DNA of 63,746 nucleotides, filler included, from Rhabdomonas costata (GCA_019059605.1; 41 parts of 41 records of this genome joined end to end with filler, not necessarily neighbours in it); one strand, 5' to 3'. Shown: positions 12,087 to 25,598, counted from the whole stretch's first letter. Made by a program: numbers and translations. Notes: generated from the sequence alone by a model not told the origin.

Positions 12087-15000
12087 CTATTTTCGGTTGT
12101 CGCAAACAGGAACAAGAGTTATATCGCCAGAAAGAAGGTGAAGAAACGTCGCCTGCCCAATTTTCCAACCGCCGTGGCTGCGGCTGCACAGGGAAGGAAC
12201 TCCAAGAAAGAAAACCCATATGAGCAATGCCTCATTTTACCCTGCACACTACACTTTATTCCTGGAGCCAACAGAGCATCCCCAAATGTTTGCTGTGACC
12301 CACTCTGTACAAGCAGCTGAACAGATTGGTGATCCAGGAGAACCACGTTGTTTCCACCAAAAACCTGTATNNNNNNNNNNNNNNNNNNNNNNNNNNNNNN
12401 NNNNNNNNNNNNNNTTAATTAATTAANNNNNNNNNNNNNNNNNNNNNNNNNNNNNNNNNNNNNNNNNNNNGTTTTGTCTGTGCGCTGTACAAGTACGAGC
12501 GCGCGCGCTTTGTGCCAATGCACCGCACCACAGGGGCGCACTCCCATTGTGCCCCTGTGATCCGGGCGTGTTTTCCCACCCATGTGCTGATGGATCCTCG
12601 ATGACGGAGGACGATATTCGGCGCGTGCGAAATCCCATTCTGTTTCTCTTTTTCTCTTGTTCCCCCAAAAAGAGAGAGCCATGCGTGTTGGGAACCTGTT
12701 TTGAAGCAAAGGAGAATTCTGAAACCCTGCGCTCTCCTTCTAAAATCACATCAACAAAATGTCTTCGATGGCGGCTGCACTAAATGAGGTGGCTTTTGCA
12801 GATTTCGCGGTGTTTTTGTGTAAAAGTTTTTGTGTCTCATTTCCGACTCCGCACTGCTGCCGCTTGGCTCTGTGTTGGAGGGCTATTAAGGAGCAATGGT
12901 GTTCTTTACACTCCCACGTTCCAGGTTCCCTGACAACAGCATAAATTATGTATGGGTTTGGGGCCTCAATCTCAAGGGAGTGATCAACCGAAAGTATGGT
13001 TTTCTTTTTTCTGGTTCTGTTAGGTCGTTGTGTAGAGCATTAATCCTGTAAGTCGTCATCCCCCCCCCCCGTGGAGCTGTACCCCACGTCGAGCTGCCGG
13101 AACGGCTGGGGGTTTCATAGTAGGTAGGTGGAGCCCAGGGGGTATGCCACCCCACCACTCAAGCGTGTGGTACTACTCATCTCTGCCTTGCGGTGTGATA
13201 GTTTTGCTGGTCAGTTCACCGTTGGATTCCAGGTGAGCGGCAGCAAAGACGTTTTCCTCATTCCCCAGCGCATTTCTTTTAATTCCACTCCTTTTTTTTT
13301 GACAAACACTCCAACGCTTTTTTTCTTCCCGATGATATGACGGCTCGGCAGATAATAAGCGATGAAATGAGGACCTTTTTCGGGTGAATGTGAACCAACC
13401 GACTCGCACACCGACTTCGGAGTGCTTGGCAACGACGCAAGACTTTGTGTGAGTGTGGGTGTGAGTTCGTGATCCCAAGCTCCACACACACTCTCTCCCC
13501 CCTGATCCCTCGCTCGGTGGTGGGGAGAGTGCATGAGCCTTTCCGCGGCGGCCCCCACGCGCATTCCGCCGGTGCCTCTGCGGGCAGGCAGTGTGGTGAA
13601 GGGGGCCCCGCTTGGGTCGGAACCCAGCAGCGCCCTCTCTCGGTACGGTCCCCTTCCATGGACAGACGGGTTGGTGGGTTTGGGTCTGCCTTCCCCTCCC
13701 CAGTTTTCCAGACCTTTGGGTTTGAGATTAGAGGGTGGAGTAGTGGGCGCAGCGGCGTGTGTGTATTGACCGAGTTTTGTGGCTCAGGCTTTGTACAGTT
13801 TTTGTACATTTTTCACATCCTGCAATCTGCATCACAGTACCGCATTTGCGCTTGCACACATTCCTCTGATGTCTGCATACCTCCGTACTTCAACCCCCCC
13901 CCCCATTAAGACTCGAGACAAAACACANNNNNNNNNNNNNNNNNNNNNNNNNNNNNNNNNNNNNNNNNNNNTTAATTAATTAANNNNNNNNNNNNNNNNN
14001 NNNNNNNNNNNNNNNNNNNNNNNNNNNGGTTGGTTGGTTCTGAGAGTTCAAAAGAGGTAGATGAGATGGGCCTTTCCTCCAAGGTGAGGTTGAGCACCAC
14101 GTTGTCCAGGACTGAAAGTGTTGTTGTGTAGAGCGGGGGAGAGTGTTACAAGTAATGTACGGTAATTGTATCAGTAAATACTCAGTACTCAATAATCAGT
14201 AAATAAGAACTACCGTGTGGAGACGAGGCGCTGGGCACTGCCAAGGAAAACCGCGCGCGTTGCGGGGTCAACGGATTCTGACGAGGCGTCTTGAGTAAGC
14301 CTAACGGAGTCTCAACCGGAGCCAGAAAAGGTTCGAAGGTCTACCTCCCTGCTTTTGAAAACTTTGACTGATGTCATCAAAACTATAGCAGTACCGTGCG
14401 TCTGCGCCGGTTGTGATGCGACGTAATCGGTTTATTTTGCACGCCTAACGTTGGATGCGTCAACCCAAAACTATTTCTACCTAACTACAGTCATCGTGCA
14501 TTACGTTGTTGTGGAACCCCATTCCAACCAGACACAAAGTCAATGTCACGTGATGTGCGGTCAGTGCCACTGTAAAGCGATCCAAACGTGTTTTCACGCG
14601 GTCAGAATGTGATGGCAGTAACCCGCCGACGACAGACCCCCGACAGTCGTGCGATGCGCAGTCGTGGAATCAGAGCCTGAAAGACATCCGGATCTACATT
14701 CACGTGCCTCTGCTGGGAAATGCTACTCCGCTGCCGCATATGTTGCGGACAGCAAAGCAGCGCAGGAAGCCAGCGCTTAAGGATCGCGTGTTAAAACCTC
14801 CAGTGAATGGTAGTACCAGTATGGTATGGAGGAGTGAGAGAGGTGAGGTGCACGAGTTACACAGACAGAAGACAAGCGTGATGGAGAAAGGTTTAAAGCA
14901 GTTAACTCTGGGAGATCAACCACGAATGCTAATACTACCTGATTATTCTTCTTTTTCCCAACCACCATTTTCTTTTGCAACAACCACCGTTTCTCTTTCC

Positions 15001-15109
15001 AAAGAACTAACGCTGACAGCTTTGTTTCCTAAGCGGGTGGTCCCCGACGTTGAATTTTACATTGAAGAAGGATCAGATCCATGTCTCAAAGGCCACTACT
15101 GTTCCTACA

Positions 15110-15430
15110 GCTTACCTTTTGGAAACATGTAGTGCCCGCCATGTTGGATTCAGGAGCTTCAGATTGCTTCATGAGAGAAGCCCTGGTCACTGAACTGCAA
15201 CCACCGCGGAAGCGTATGAAGCAGTCGATAACGGAACCACCTTAGTGGTCGACACCTTTGTCAGAGTGTCTGCCTTGCTGGGCAAAATGCCCGTGCGTCT
15301 GTTCTGTGATTCTGCGATTTCCACCCCCATTCCAGTAGTATTGGGCTACACATTTCTCCACCGACATCAACCTTGGGTGGATTGGAGAAAGCGCGAAGTT
15401 CAGATTTTTAGGCGTGAGATCACCTACTAG
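15110..15430 (+). mobile_element. Ty3/Gypsy-type LTR retrotransposon aspartic protease relic
   Basis: VPAMLDSGASDCF (catalytic DSG at 15147-15155) and, after a frameshift, VVLGYTFLHRHQPWVDWRKREV (the ILGxDWLxxHxPxIDW motif). The upstream intronless DNA is probably decayed gag. Confidence 0.85.
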
Positions 15431-17399
15431 ATCCCAGCCGTACCTGCGTATGACGTATTCCAAATGGCTGGATGGCCAACCAACCCNNNNNNNNNNNNNN
15501 NNNNNNNNNNNNNNNNNNNNNNNNNNNNNNTTAATTAATTAANNNNNNNNNNNNNNNNNNNNNNNNNNNNNNNNNNNNNNNNNNNNCTTGACGCAATAAT
15601 TGCTTGACAGAGCACCTTTGAACTGTTTTTTATCTCACTGTGGTCGGCCTTCTGGAAACCTAATGTTGAGCGCTTGAAGAAGGAGCATCGAAGTGGTGCT
15701 GGGGGAAAGGAGCAACACTTGTATTATCATTGGTAATTCAGGGGGCACTATAGGAACTTGTCGATGTTGTGGTTGAGCGTGAACCCAGGGCTGCAGACAA
15801 TACTCGCAGTGATTCGTGAAAAACGTGAAATAAAAAACCGAACGCTAGCGTTTCGGCAGCGAAATAACGGAAGCTGACTGTTTTGAATTTTGAAGCTTGG
15901 TTCTGAAAGGCACGTCTTGCAAGGCGAATCATGGTGAATCATGCTTCTCTGTCCATGGTGTCCTTCCTTCCCAGTTTTTTTGAATTTTTAATAGTACTGC
16001 CTTCCTATTGGCCACTTGTTGCATTTTTGAAGATACCATGGCATTGTTTTTTCCTTACAGGACGAATACTCGCGGGACCCCATGGTTAGATTCCGGTTCC
16101 GGATATCGCTTGTTACATCGCCAGCTCAATTCTGCTACTTCTGCTGTAGCGCTACTGCCTGCAGCCTATCTCGCTGCGTCTTTTCTTCAAACAAGGCTGT
16201 TTTCTCTTCTCATTTTTCTTTCAGGATGAGATCGTCGGCACCCCGGACTCCAGTTCCAGGGTGAGATTTCGTTCCAGAAATTCCGTTTTCTCGTTCGAAG
16301 CCCTATCGAGCCGCGCCGATTCCGATGCCCTCTACCCGAGTCTCTCCACGTATACCGGTGGTGCTGCCGATGACGCAAGAGATGAGGAGATGCAGACCAC
16401 CCCAGGTGCTGGTGTACATAGACCCTGCGGTTTTGTGGGGTACTACCCCGTTGCCTTTAGCTGTCTTTACTCGACACACACACACACACACACACGCAAA
16501 CAAACATGGCGTCATCTCCTGCTGCCTCCTCTGTCCTGTTTAAGTTGTGGCACCTCCATTCCAACTGCTGGGGTTGGTTGGCTTCAGATTTCCCAGAAGC
16601 AATGCCCGACTCCACGTTTGCGCAGTTGAATGCCACAGATTTCAGGGTGAATTGGGACCCTTAGCTTAGATGAATGTTTAAATTCTACTGGAAGCTCCTT
16701 CCCTGAGTGTGTCGTCTGTGTATGGGCATTGATCTCTGAATTGGTGTTTTCCATTTATTGGAGCTGACTCTTTTCGAAAAGGTGTTCGGGATGTCCGCTG
16801 TTACCGGTTGTTACCGGCTGCATCTATTCAGATTCGGGAGAAAAAGTCTTCCCGAGCACGGCGCTCGGTGCGCGCACAAGATCTCGTCCTAGATCGCTGC
16901 TGCAAATGAGCAGACTCCTGCTTCGCCCAGAAGGCAGGCCAGCATAAACAACAACACTGTCTTTGCTATCGCAGAGACAGAGGGCAAGTAGGCAGCCTGT
17001 GCACCCCTCCCCCCTCCATTCGACGTTGGCCGTCCACACCCACANNNNNNNNNNNNNNNNNNNNNNNNNNNNNNNNNNNNNNNNNNNNTTAATTAATTAA
17101 NNNNNNNNNNNNNNNNNNNNNNNNNNNNNNNNNNNNNNNNNNNNGGTGTGGTGGGTCGAGGGTCGAGAGTGTTGGTTGAGAGGGGTGTGGGTCGAAGCGT
17201 AGGGTGTGGTGTCGGAAGGTGAGGGTTCATGGTGGAGGGTTGGAGGGTGACGGAGTGGAGTGATGCGTAGGGTGTGGAGGGTTGGAGGTGTGGAGGTGTG
17301 TGGCTCTTTGGGTCTTTGGATCTTTGGGTTCCGCCTTCGTTTCTGGTGTCGGTGTCGGGGTTCTGTCTCTGTCTCTGTCTCGGATTCGCGTATGTCCCT

Positions 17400-17560
17400 C
17401 GGGATCTCCAACGTTGGAAATCCAACATCGCCCGCAGAACCAAGGGCAAAAGCTACTCCAGGGACAACAGCCTGTAAGGTGCAACGACGACACGCACGGA
17501 CGAATACTACGACGAGTGACTCGCATGACCAGTACCACACGTGAGCATATCCGATGTGCA
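17400..17560 (+). rRNA. Candidate highly divergent organellar LSU rRNA fragment (domain V, peptidyl-transferase region)
   Basis: 17448-17474 AAAAGCTACTCCAGGGACAACAGCCTG vs E. coli 23S AAAAGGTACTCCGGGGATAACAGGCTG. It is preceded by TGGAA..CATCGC..CAA and followed by CGATGT (17552-17557), in 23S order. Confidence 0.45.
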
Positions 17561-20500
17561 AAGTTGTGTCATTGGCGTCATCTCAGAGAGCAATCAGCGA
17601 TGCTGGAACCAACTCCTAACCGTACCACGAGTACACATGCGATACCTGACGTATCTGGGCGTCAGATGAAGACCTAGTGATGGATGCTAGGCTATTGCAT
17701 AAACCCACAGACGGTGACGCCAAGGCAGTGAGGGACCGGTAACACACACTACTCAACCTCATACGCTAGCGGTGGATCCTGATGGAGGTGAGCTGTCCAG
17801 GTTAACCACGCGTAGTGGCAATGACTGACAGCCTACAGTGGTTGGGTGCCCGCATAGTTAGTGGTGAAGGATACGGCTATGTGAACAACGTGCAGTCGTG
17901 GTGACAGTAACGCTACGTTCATGCGATGCACTACCCTAGTGGTACGGTACACACACCAACCGTAGAGCAGTAGGTAAGACATCCGCGTAGAAGGACCACC
18001 ATGACCACGTGTAGGAGGATGTTGCTGCGTGTCAAAGGTAGGTTGAAAACCTACGCGTAAGATGTACAGTTAGGGTATGCCTTCGCTCCATCTCACTCGC
18101 CAACTACTCAACCACAGAACCACACCGCAATCCCCACAACGTCACCACCACCACAGAAACAGAGGGAGGGTAAGGATGACGGTGGAAGGAGAGACAGAGC
18201 GTGTGATGGAAGTGGTATGCTGATGGTGGCCGCTGCAGCCAGAGGGAACAAGAACACCTTAAGTTCCCTGAAGCGATGCATTTAGGGATGAGAGAGGCCA
18301 CCCTTAAGCAAGAGAAAGAGGAAGAGGACGTAAGGGATGATGTTACGTCGTCAATCCACCACCCTAGGGTGCTTCCGTTCCTCCTCACTCCATGGTCGCA
18401 TGCTCGGTACCTCGCATGCTCCAACTCAACCCCTCACTCAGACGTTGTCACTCCCCACCTAAGGTGTTACGTGACTCCACCTCCTGACGCACCCTCGAGG
18501 AGGATGAGCTTAGCGACGAGTGTGACGACTGTAATAAGGAGGAAAGTAGCGAACATCGTGAGCGGAGTTACGACAGAAGGAACAGGAGGAACAGGAGGGN
18601 NNNNNNNNNNNNNNNNNNNNNNNNNNNNNNNNNNNNNNNNNNNTTAATTAATTAANNNNNNNNNNNNNNNNNNNNNNNNNNNNNNNNNNNNNNNNNNNNG
18701 GGGGGGTGTGGTGCTACTACTCCTGAGTTGCGTTTATTGAACACTTGTAAGCCTCTGGCTGCATCTTTACGCCGACTATGGCATCTTGAAGGGTCCACTT
18801 GGGCCGTGTTTCTTGGGCGTACCCGGATTTCCAAGGGTATGGGAGGGGTGAGCTTTACGGCCCTTGGAAGGCTTGAATAATGAGCTTTAGCTTTCGGCTG
18901 GAGCTCCACAGCATGCCACAAGGCACGCCCAGTAGTACCTCACGCTGACACCGGAATGGGCCGTATGCTTGGGTTTACAGTGCCCTACTGGCCCTTTTGT
19001 GCGTTGCTGGCACCGGAGTGTTGTCCGGAATGCTTCGGCTTGCAACTGCCCCTCAGGCAAACGCCGCACCCCTCAGAGTGAGGAATTCCTCCAATCACAA
19101 AGCACCTTCTGATTCCGACAATGTTTTTTGGAATCGGAGGTCATTTTGCACATTGCAGTTCTGTTCTTTTCCTGTTTCCATTTTTTTGTCGCCGGGATTA
19201 GGTCACTGAGTGCAACCACAGGCACAGGGAGAGGGGAGGGAAGCGGGAGCCCCGGAGGAGAACCTGCACTTGTACGACACTTGCAGGTGCTGGTCCGCGG
19301 AAATGGAGTAGCGGCGGAAGTTCAGGTAGGTCATGATAATCACCTGAGAGCACGAAGGGGGGGACCCCAACCGCCGCAAAGCAAACGAACCGGGGCGGCC
19401 GAAGTTAACGCAATTCTCACACTAAAAGCCAAAAAAGGCAGCACTTAAAGCCCGGCTCCAGAATGCGGAGCGGTTCTCCAAGTTAATCAAAAGCGCTCAG
19501 GAGCTGTGAGGTGTGTGTGTGATAGGATTGACAGCGCATTTCAGGGAGTACCCTAAACCAGTGCACTCTGAGTTGCGTGGACTGAAATCGCAGGAAAGCA
19601 AAAAGGACATCAGTTAGTTTTTGTTTTTGAAAGCGAGGTAGTTTCAGTCTTGACTTCAATGGGATTTTTGAGCAAGGTAAGCTACATCCCGAAACTCAGA
19701 ATTAAGTATGAGTTACGAGTTTCCAATTGAAGGCTTGTATGTATACAAACGAAATGTTTTGAACGTTTTCATGCTACTGAGGCTATATATAAAAGCGTGT
19801 TTTCTGAGTTAACGGTGTAACATCGCGACCGATTCTTTATGGTTGCACCGGCATCAATACCGTCGGGGTCGGGAAGAGACAGCTTACTTACGGGTCACGG
19901 GAATCGGACACCAGAGAACAGCCATCCGAGCCCCTCCGCCCGCCCCTGAGGTTGCCGAGACGGCCAAGCGACAGAAGGACGAGACGCAGAGTGAGGCAGC
20001 CCAGGAGGAGGGAAGGGACAGACAACGGCAGCGCAAAAATGTTGTTGGTGTTTACTGTCGTCTTTTCCGATAGTGTTCGCTGTCATGTCTTTCTGGCATC
20101 CCAAATTCGACGACCCCATTGATGCCAAATCCCACCAAGGACAAGTCCACTCGGTACNNNNNNNNNNNNNNNNNNNNNNNNNNNNNNNNNNNNNNNNNNN
20201 NTTAATTAATTAANNNNNNNNNNNNNNNNNNNNNNNNNNNNNNNNNNNNNNNNNNNNGCCGTGACAGGGGTGGGTGGGGTGCTTGGATAACGGCTGCAGG
20301 TGTTGGAACCGTGTAACTCCGGAACAACACAAATGTCCCGTTATGCTGATTTGTCGATCTATTGATTTTTATAATCGAAAAAAAGATTTGTCGAAATTTT
20401 GTTGAAAAAACTCCAAACAGTATAAACAGAGTCCTTGATATCAGCCCGTGCCAATCCGACTGGTGCAAGACAGCCCCTGTGTTGGCTTTGTTCTGGACCT

Positions 20501-22575
20501 TATGCAATTTGGTAGTTTGTTAGTTTTTGTACGATTTGCCACACCTTGCAGGATATGCAAGAAAGACTGCGAAAAAGAGGGGGGGGGGAAGCGAAACAAA
20601 GCATCGCCTGTTCTGTGTTGATCTTGATAACTCGAGTGTTTATTTGCTGAAGTGGATGTGACCTGGGGGCAAGCCCACGGGTCAAATGCGGGTTTTTTGT
20701 TAGCCATGTGTTAATCTTGTTACAAATGGGAAAGGGCTGGGTATTTGGGGCTTTTCAAGACCATTCGTGTGTCTGCGAGCATGGTATGAACTGCAGAAAC
20801 TGTCTGTAGGGGGAGGGGGGCGGCTTTTTTGCTTCCTTTTTTTTTACGCAGTTTGATCGGTTGCTCCGTGTTGCGTTTCCTGGTGGGAACGCGCCGGAGT
20901 TGCTTTCCCCGGCAGACTTTGTGAACGTTCTACTTTCTACCAAGCACTAAACCCCTCGTCGGATCAAAGGGGGCTGCTGCAGCCCTCCCTGAAAGCTTCG
21001 CTCTGCTGCGAGGAAACCTACTGAAGGTTTCTCAGGTGGCAGCAAGCTCGCGAGAATGTCGGGTTGACGGCTGTACATTATGGCATATTGCGTGAGGGCT
21101 GTACGTTATACAAAGAACTGAGCGTTCTGAATGTGCTGTGTTTTTTTTGGTGGGCTTCCTTCATCGGTAACTGAAAGCCAAATGTAGTCATAACCTTGGC
21201 AGAATGAGGGAATGAGCACTTTGGGCGCGTCGTGTGGCCAACGAGAGTGTGCGTCAACTTAGTGAATGCGGGTGTGTATGTCATTCGACCTGTCCCAATA
21301 GTGGCTTCCACCGGTTGGTAGTCATCCGGCGCACGCGGCTTGGTCCGCGTGTGAAGGGGTTGCCCGCATGCGATCAAGCACCGCAGAACGCGTCAATTTA
21401 TTTCGTATTTCGGGTCGTACCATTAACGCTCCATTGATCGAGCCGTCACCTTTGTTTTCACCCGCGCAAAACACTTGCACACCGTCACGGTGCCGAAACT
21501 TTTACCCCATTAGTGTTGATTAAAACCGTCTTGTTGTTGGTCAAATGCCCCAATGCTGCCCACATTCTCCCGCACGAGAACGAGAGCTGTTAAGGAGCAA
21601 GCTTTCTCACGCCTGCCGCTCCGACGGCGAGCCTTGCAAAACGCGGCCTCCAGCACATCGGTCAGTATATTGTGCCGGAGAATGTGGGCAGCATTGGGGC
21701 ATTTGACCAACCAACNNNNNNNNNNNNNNNNNNNNNNNNNNNNNNNNNNNNNNNNNNNNTTAATTAATTAANNNNNNNNNNNNNNNNNNNNNNNNNNNNN
21801 NNNNNNNNNNNNNNNGGTGGGCTTGGGGCTCGCAATGACTCGGGAGCTTACATTTGAATGTATCCATCGTTGGGAGGTCTGGCCCTGCGCTCCACTGCAA
21901 AGGCGGGAACAGTGGTGTTGCTGAGACCGTCCTGATAGCAGAAAGAGTTCGATGACATCAAAAAAACGAGGAGGGTTTGATGAAATCAAAGCGGCTGTTG
22001 CCGACGGACCTTGTTCGGTACTTCAGGCCCTCCTGGAATCAGTCCATTTCTAACCTTTTCAGAAAAAATGAATCCTTATCAGCTGTATCCAGATTTAGAA
22101 GGTCCTGTTTTTCTGGGGTGTCTTCTTATTAAAAAGAATTAGCGCCACTCTCCGCTGCGCTGGGGAAAGAATCGGTACAAGAATCATTGAAACCGCACGG
22201 TGCAACAGTAGTCCGCACGGTCGGATGGACGAAACAGAAGAAAAATTAAGGAAAGTGCCGCCAAGCGGCTACGCACAGCGTTTTTACAAGCCCTCTGCAG
22301 AAAAAGATGCTCCGGCTTCGCCCTCTTCTCTGCGTTTGCTACAAACGTCTCGCCAAAAACAAACAAGAACAGAAACGTGGGGGACAAATCAAGCATCTTG
22401 CACGAAACAAGAAAAAAGAGCAAAAGCTGGATTCTGGATTTCAGATGGGGGTTTTCTTTTAGGCCATTCTTTCCTTCGTCGTATTTTGACATGGGTAGTG
22501 ACATGACTTACCTCTGACATTTGAGACCCCCCCCCCCAAAAAAAAGGTAGAAAAACACCGGTGCCGTACTTCACT

Positions 22576-23103
22576 GGACATGGTTATCAATTATTTGCAG
22601 GGCCCACATGTTCTTATCCGTCTTTGGATCGGGTGACTGGAACAGTGAATCTCGAAGTTGCCCGAAACCACCAAGCACCATGTTCAAGTCGAATTCCTTT
22701 TTATGATCAGAGCACAGGCAGAGGCATATAATTTCAGTTGCATACAGTTTGCGCTCCGCCAAGGGGATGCGGCCTCAACGAGTCCCGCGCGGCAGCCTGT
22801 GCAAAAGCCATGCCATTCGAGAAGAAAAAACAACCCGCCTCATATTTCAGCAAAAACAACGCAAGGGCTCAGGAAAGGAAGGAGAAAACCCCACAAGCAC
22901 AGTCTGAGCCCCTCCTTCAACCCGCAATACTTGCAAAAGAACCATCTGCCCGCCGCCCCTTGTCGCCCCCTTTGAGTGAGTGTGGTGAATGAGAGGTAGA
23001 TTGGATGCGAACATTTCGGGGGGGGGGGAGACCTCTGCTTGAAGGAGCAGCGCGAACTCGCAGGCCTCGGCAGCCATCAGGGCATACTCACGCAGTATTG
23101 CTT
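22576..23103 (-). CDS. Partial spliced hypothetical protein
   Basis: AG/GT-bounded exon EAILREYALMAAEACEFALLLQAE (~23103-23032) and a second open block ..ERKLYATEIICLCLCSDHKKEFDLNMVLGGFGQLRDSLF.. Confidence 0.4.
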
Positions 23104-23389
23104 CCTGAGAGGCATGGGAGGTCGGGACGGACGGGAGCCTCACCGGAGTTCTGAAATATATGCTTCCAGGCCAACCCAGCTGGCTGGTGGTGGGTGGTGC
23201 ATTGATGCATGCCCTCAAACGCTGGCTGTGAAAGGCAAAAATCACGACACTTCCAGCACCACACACNNNNNNNNNNNNNNNNNNNNNNNNNNNNNNNNNN
23301 NNNNNNNNNNTTAATTAATTAANNNNNNNNNNNNNNNNNNNNNNNNNNNNNNNNNNNNNNNNNNNNGTGGTGGGGGTGTCCTCTGGAAG

Positions 23390-24806
23390 CCTGGTGCAGT
23401 GTAAAGAGAGAGCTGTCGGAAAATACTGCGGTGCCCGGGCACGGACCTCCAGGGAGTCGGTGGCAAGAAAGTACGTCACCTCGGAGGCTTCGCTTGGGCT
23501 GCAGAGACAACAGAGGACACCACACTGTCACTAACACTTTTTTGATGAGCTTTGAGAGTTTCAGCAAATTTGAGTACTTTAGTTTTACAGTTGTGCATCT
23601 CCCAAGTTATGAATTGGAAAAATCAGGTGCACATGCCAAAGACAAGGTAACTCCCAGGACATTTTCAAGAAATGAGTTGAGGCAAGAAGCGATGCTGATG
23701 GGGGAGATCTCTTTCCTTTCCTTTACAAGGGCCAACACTATGAAATGTCAGGGTGTCCCCGCCTGTGGTACACAGCAGATCCAATTACCTCCTTGGCCCG
23801 TCTCGCAGTACATGACAGGTGGATACCTCAAGCCATGCTGACCAACTCTTACAGCGCAGCCAAACATGCACTCCGTGGTGGTCCAGTTGTTCCGTACCGG
23901 GTCCTTCCACAGCGAGCCACCACTCGTGCGGATGTGTATCCCCACAATTCTCCCAAGGGAAGACCCTGAGGCTGCGGCCTTGCCGCGCAGAAGCCTTGTT
24001 CGCAGCGCAGCAATGCCCGCACTCAATGCAGCGGTGGGCTGGAACAGCACCCGCTCAAGAACACCACTGAGGTATTGCGGGGTGAAGCTGGGCAGGCCTA
24101 TCTCCCGAAAGACGGAGTCGTAGCGAGTGTTGCTCATCCTGGTGTGGTGCAAATGAGGGTAACGCAAACGACTCAAATCAATGCGAGGAACACTAGCGCA
24201 ATGGTTTCCGAGGTTTCCAGGAAATGCAAATTTCTGGGGAACAGAAAGTCATCTTCTTCTTTACTCCTTTACTCCTTTACTCTTTAACTTGCCTGCCTCA
24301 ACGGGTACACAACTGAGATTGGCATTGCCACAAAATGAAATGAGAACCACAAGATGAGCGAGACCTTACTGGCCCGTCCTTCCACAACGAGCAAGGATTC
24401 CACAACGGTGCGAAAACAAAGATTGCACGGTTGCAAAAATGACATGACCACGCCGGGTGCAGCAGCGATTGAAAAAGGGAAGCGAAGGGCATGGGGAGAG
24501 AAGTATTTGTTCGCCTGGACTGGAACGCAAGGGAGAAGGATTCCTGGTAGGGAGGCGTGATACACGCCATAAAAAAAGACAACAAGACAAGCAAGAATTT
24601 GTGGGGAAGTCCAAAACCAAGTCCAGTGTAAAACCCAAACAAAGAACAGCATACAGCCGGTGCACAATGGGGACGTTCAGCGAGGTGATCACGACGGTGC
24701 GACCGGGGAAGATCTCCTCCAAGTCGCGAGTGGTGTACTTCATCCACTGCCGAGCTTGGAACTCGTCTCTCTGAGCATTTGTTCGAGGCAGCCGCACGGC
24801 CCTCAC
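23390..24806 (-). CDS. GT-B fucosyltransferase (alpha-1,2/1,6/O-FucT superfamily); exons ..24655, 24138-23827, 23498..; partial
   Basis: In-phase GT-AG splicing gives LERVLFQP..IVGIHIRT (motif I with the conserved Arg) and TYFLATDS (motif II). Confidence 0.8.
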
Positions 24807-25391
24807 CTCCGCTAACCCACCACCNNNNNNNNNNNNNNNNNNNNNNNNNNNNNNNNNNNNNNNNNNNNTTAATTAATTAANNNNNNNNNNNNNNNNNNNN
24901 NNNNNNNNNNNNNNNNNNNNNNNNCTGACCTTCTTCAGGTGTGGTGAACCAGTGAACGCATCCTCCGCAGAAACAACCGAGAATGACACCCTCATTAGTA
25001 GCGCACGCGTCAAACCTCAAGCTATTCTTTCCGACGCAGTACGGGCCAGATCCGGAACCTGCCCTTCGGCCAGCAACGGTGACCTGAACACAATGCAAGC
25101 AGACTCGAGCCTCGCAACAGTAACGCTCAAACGAAGCCGAAAGTCAAAAACACAAAACGTCGGACCAGCACAATAAAAAACACACTCGATTCTCAATGGG
25201 AACGGAATAAGGGATCCAGAAAAGGCACTGACGAAGGATCAATGTTCTTTTTCGGCTCTTACTTTGCACGAAGAAACGATCACTCCGGAGAAAACAATCG
25301 AACGGGATTTCAACCCACCCGACGTTCAACCCCACTATAAAAAACCAATTCCCGTCCAACGCTAAAGTAAAAAACCCAAAAATGCACTTAC

Positions 25392-25598
25392 TTTGTCCAT
25401 AACGGAATCAGCCACCGGCCCCGGATGCCTCAGCCTGGCCTCCAGCTGTGCTAGCTGCACCAGGAAGTTGTCGTTCGGCCGAACACACGGCCGGCACTCC
25501 AGAACCCTCGCCACAGCCTTTTTGGGGGGCGACTCCTTGGCACTCTCGTTCCCCGCCGCCTTTTCCGATAACTCGAGACAGGCAAGGAGAAATAGCAC
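25392..25598 (-). CDS. Dual-specificity phosphatase-like protein, C-terminal exon of the domain
   Basis: KAVARVLECRPCVRPNDNFLVQLAQLEARL matches the DSP AxxxVxxxRPxxxPNxxFxxQLxxxE motif. The exon is bounded by CAG/GTAAGT. The catalytic HCx5R was not seen. Confidence 0.65.

Noticed and set aside
19520-19535. GATAGGATTGACAG resembling 18S rRNA
   Set aside because: An isolated short match with no flanking rRNA landmarks.
21510-21710. KCPNAAHILRHNILTDVL as a non-LTR retroelement zinc-knuckle/RHN motif
   Set aside because: The first half lies in the fold-back arm 21677-21711, so the motif is probably created by the chimeric junction.
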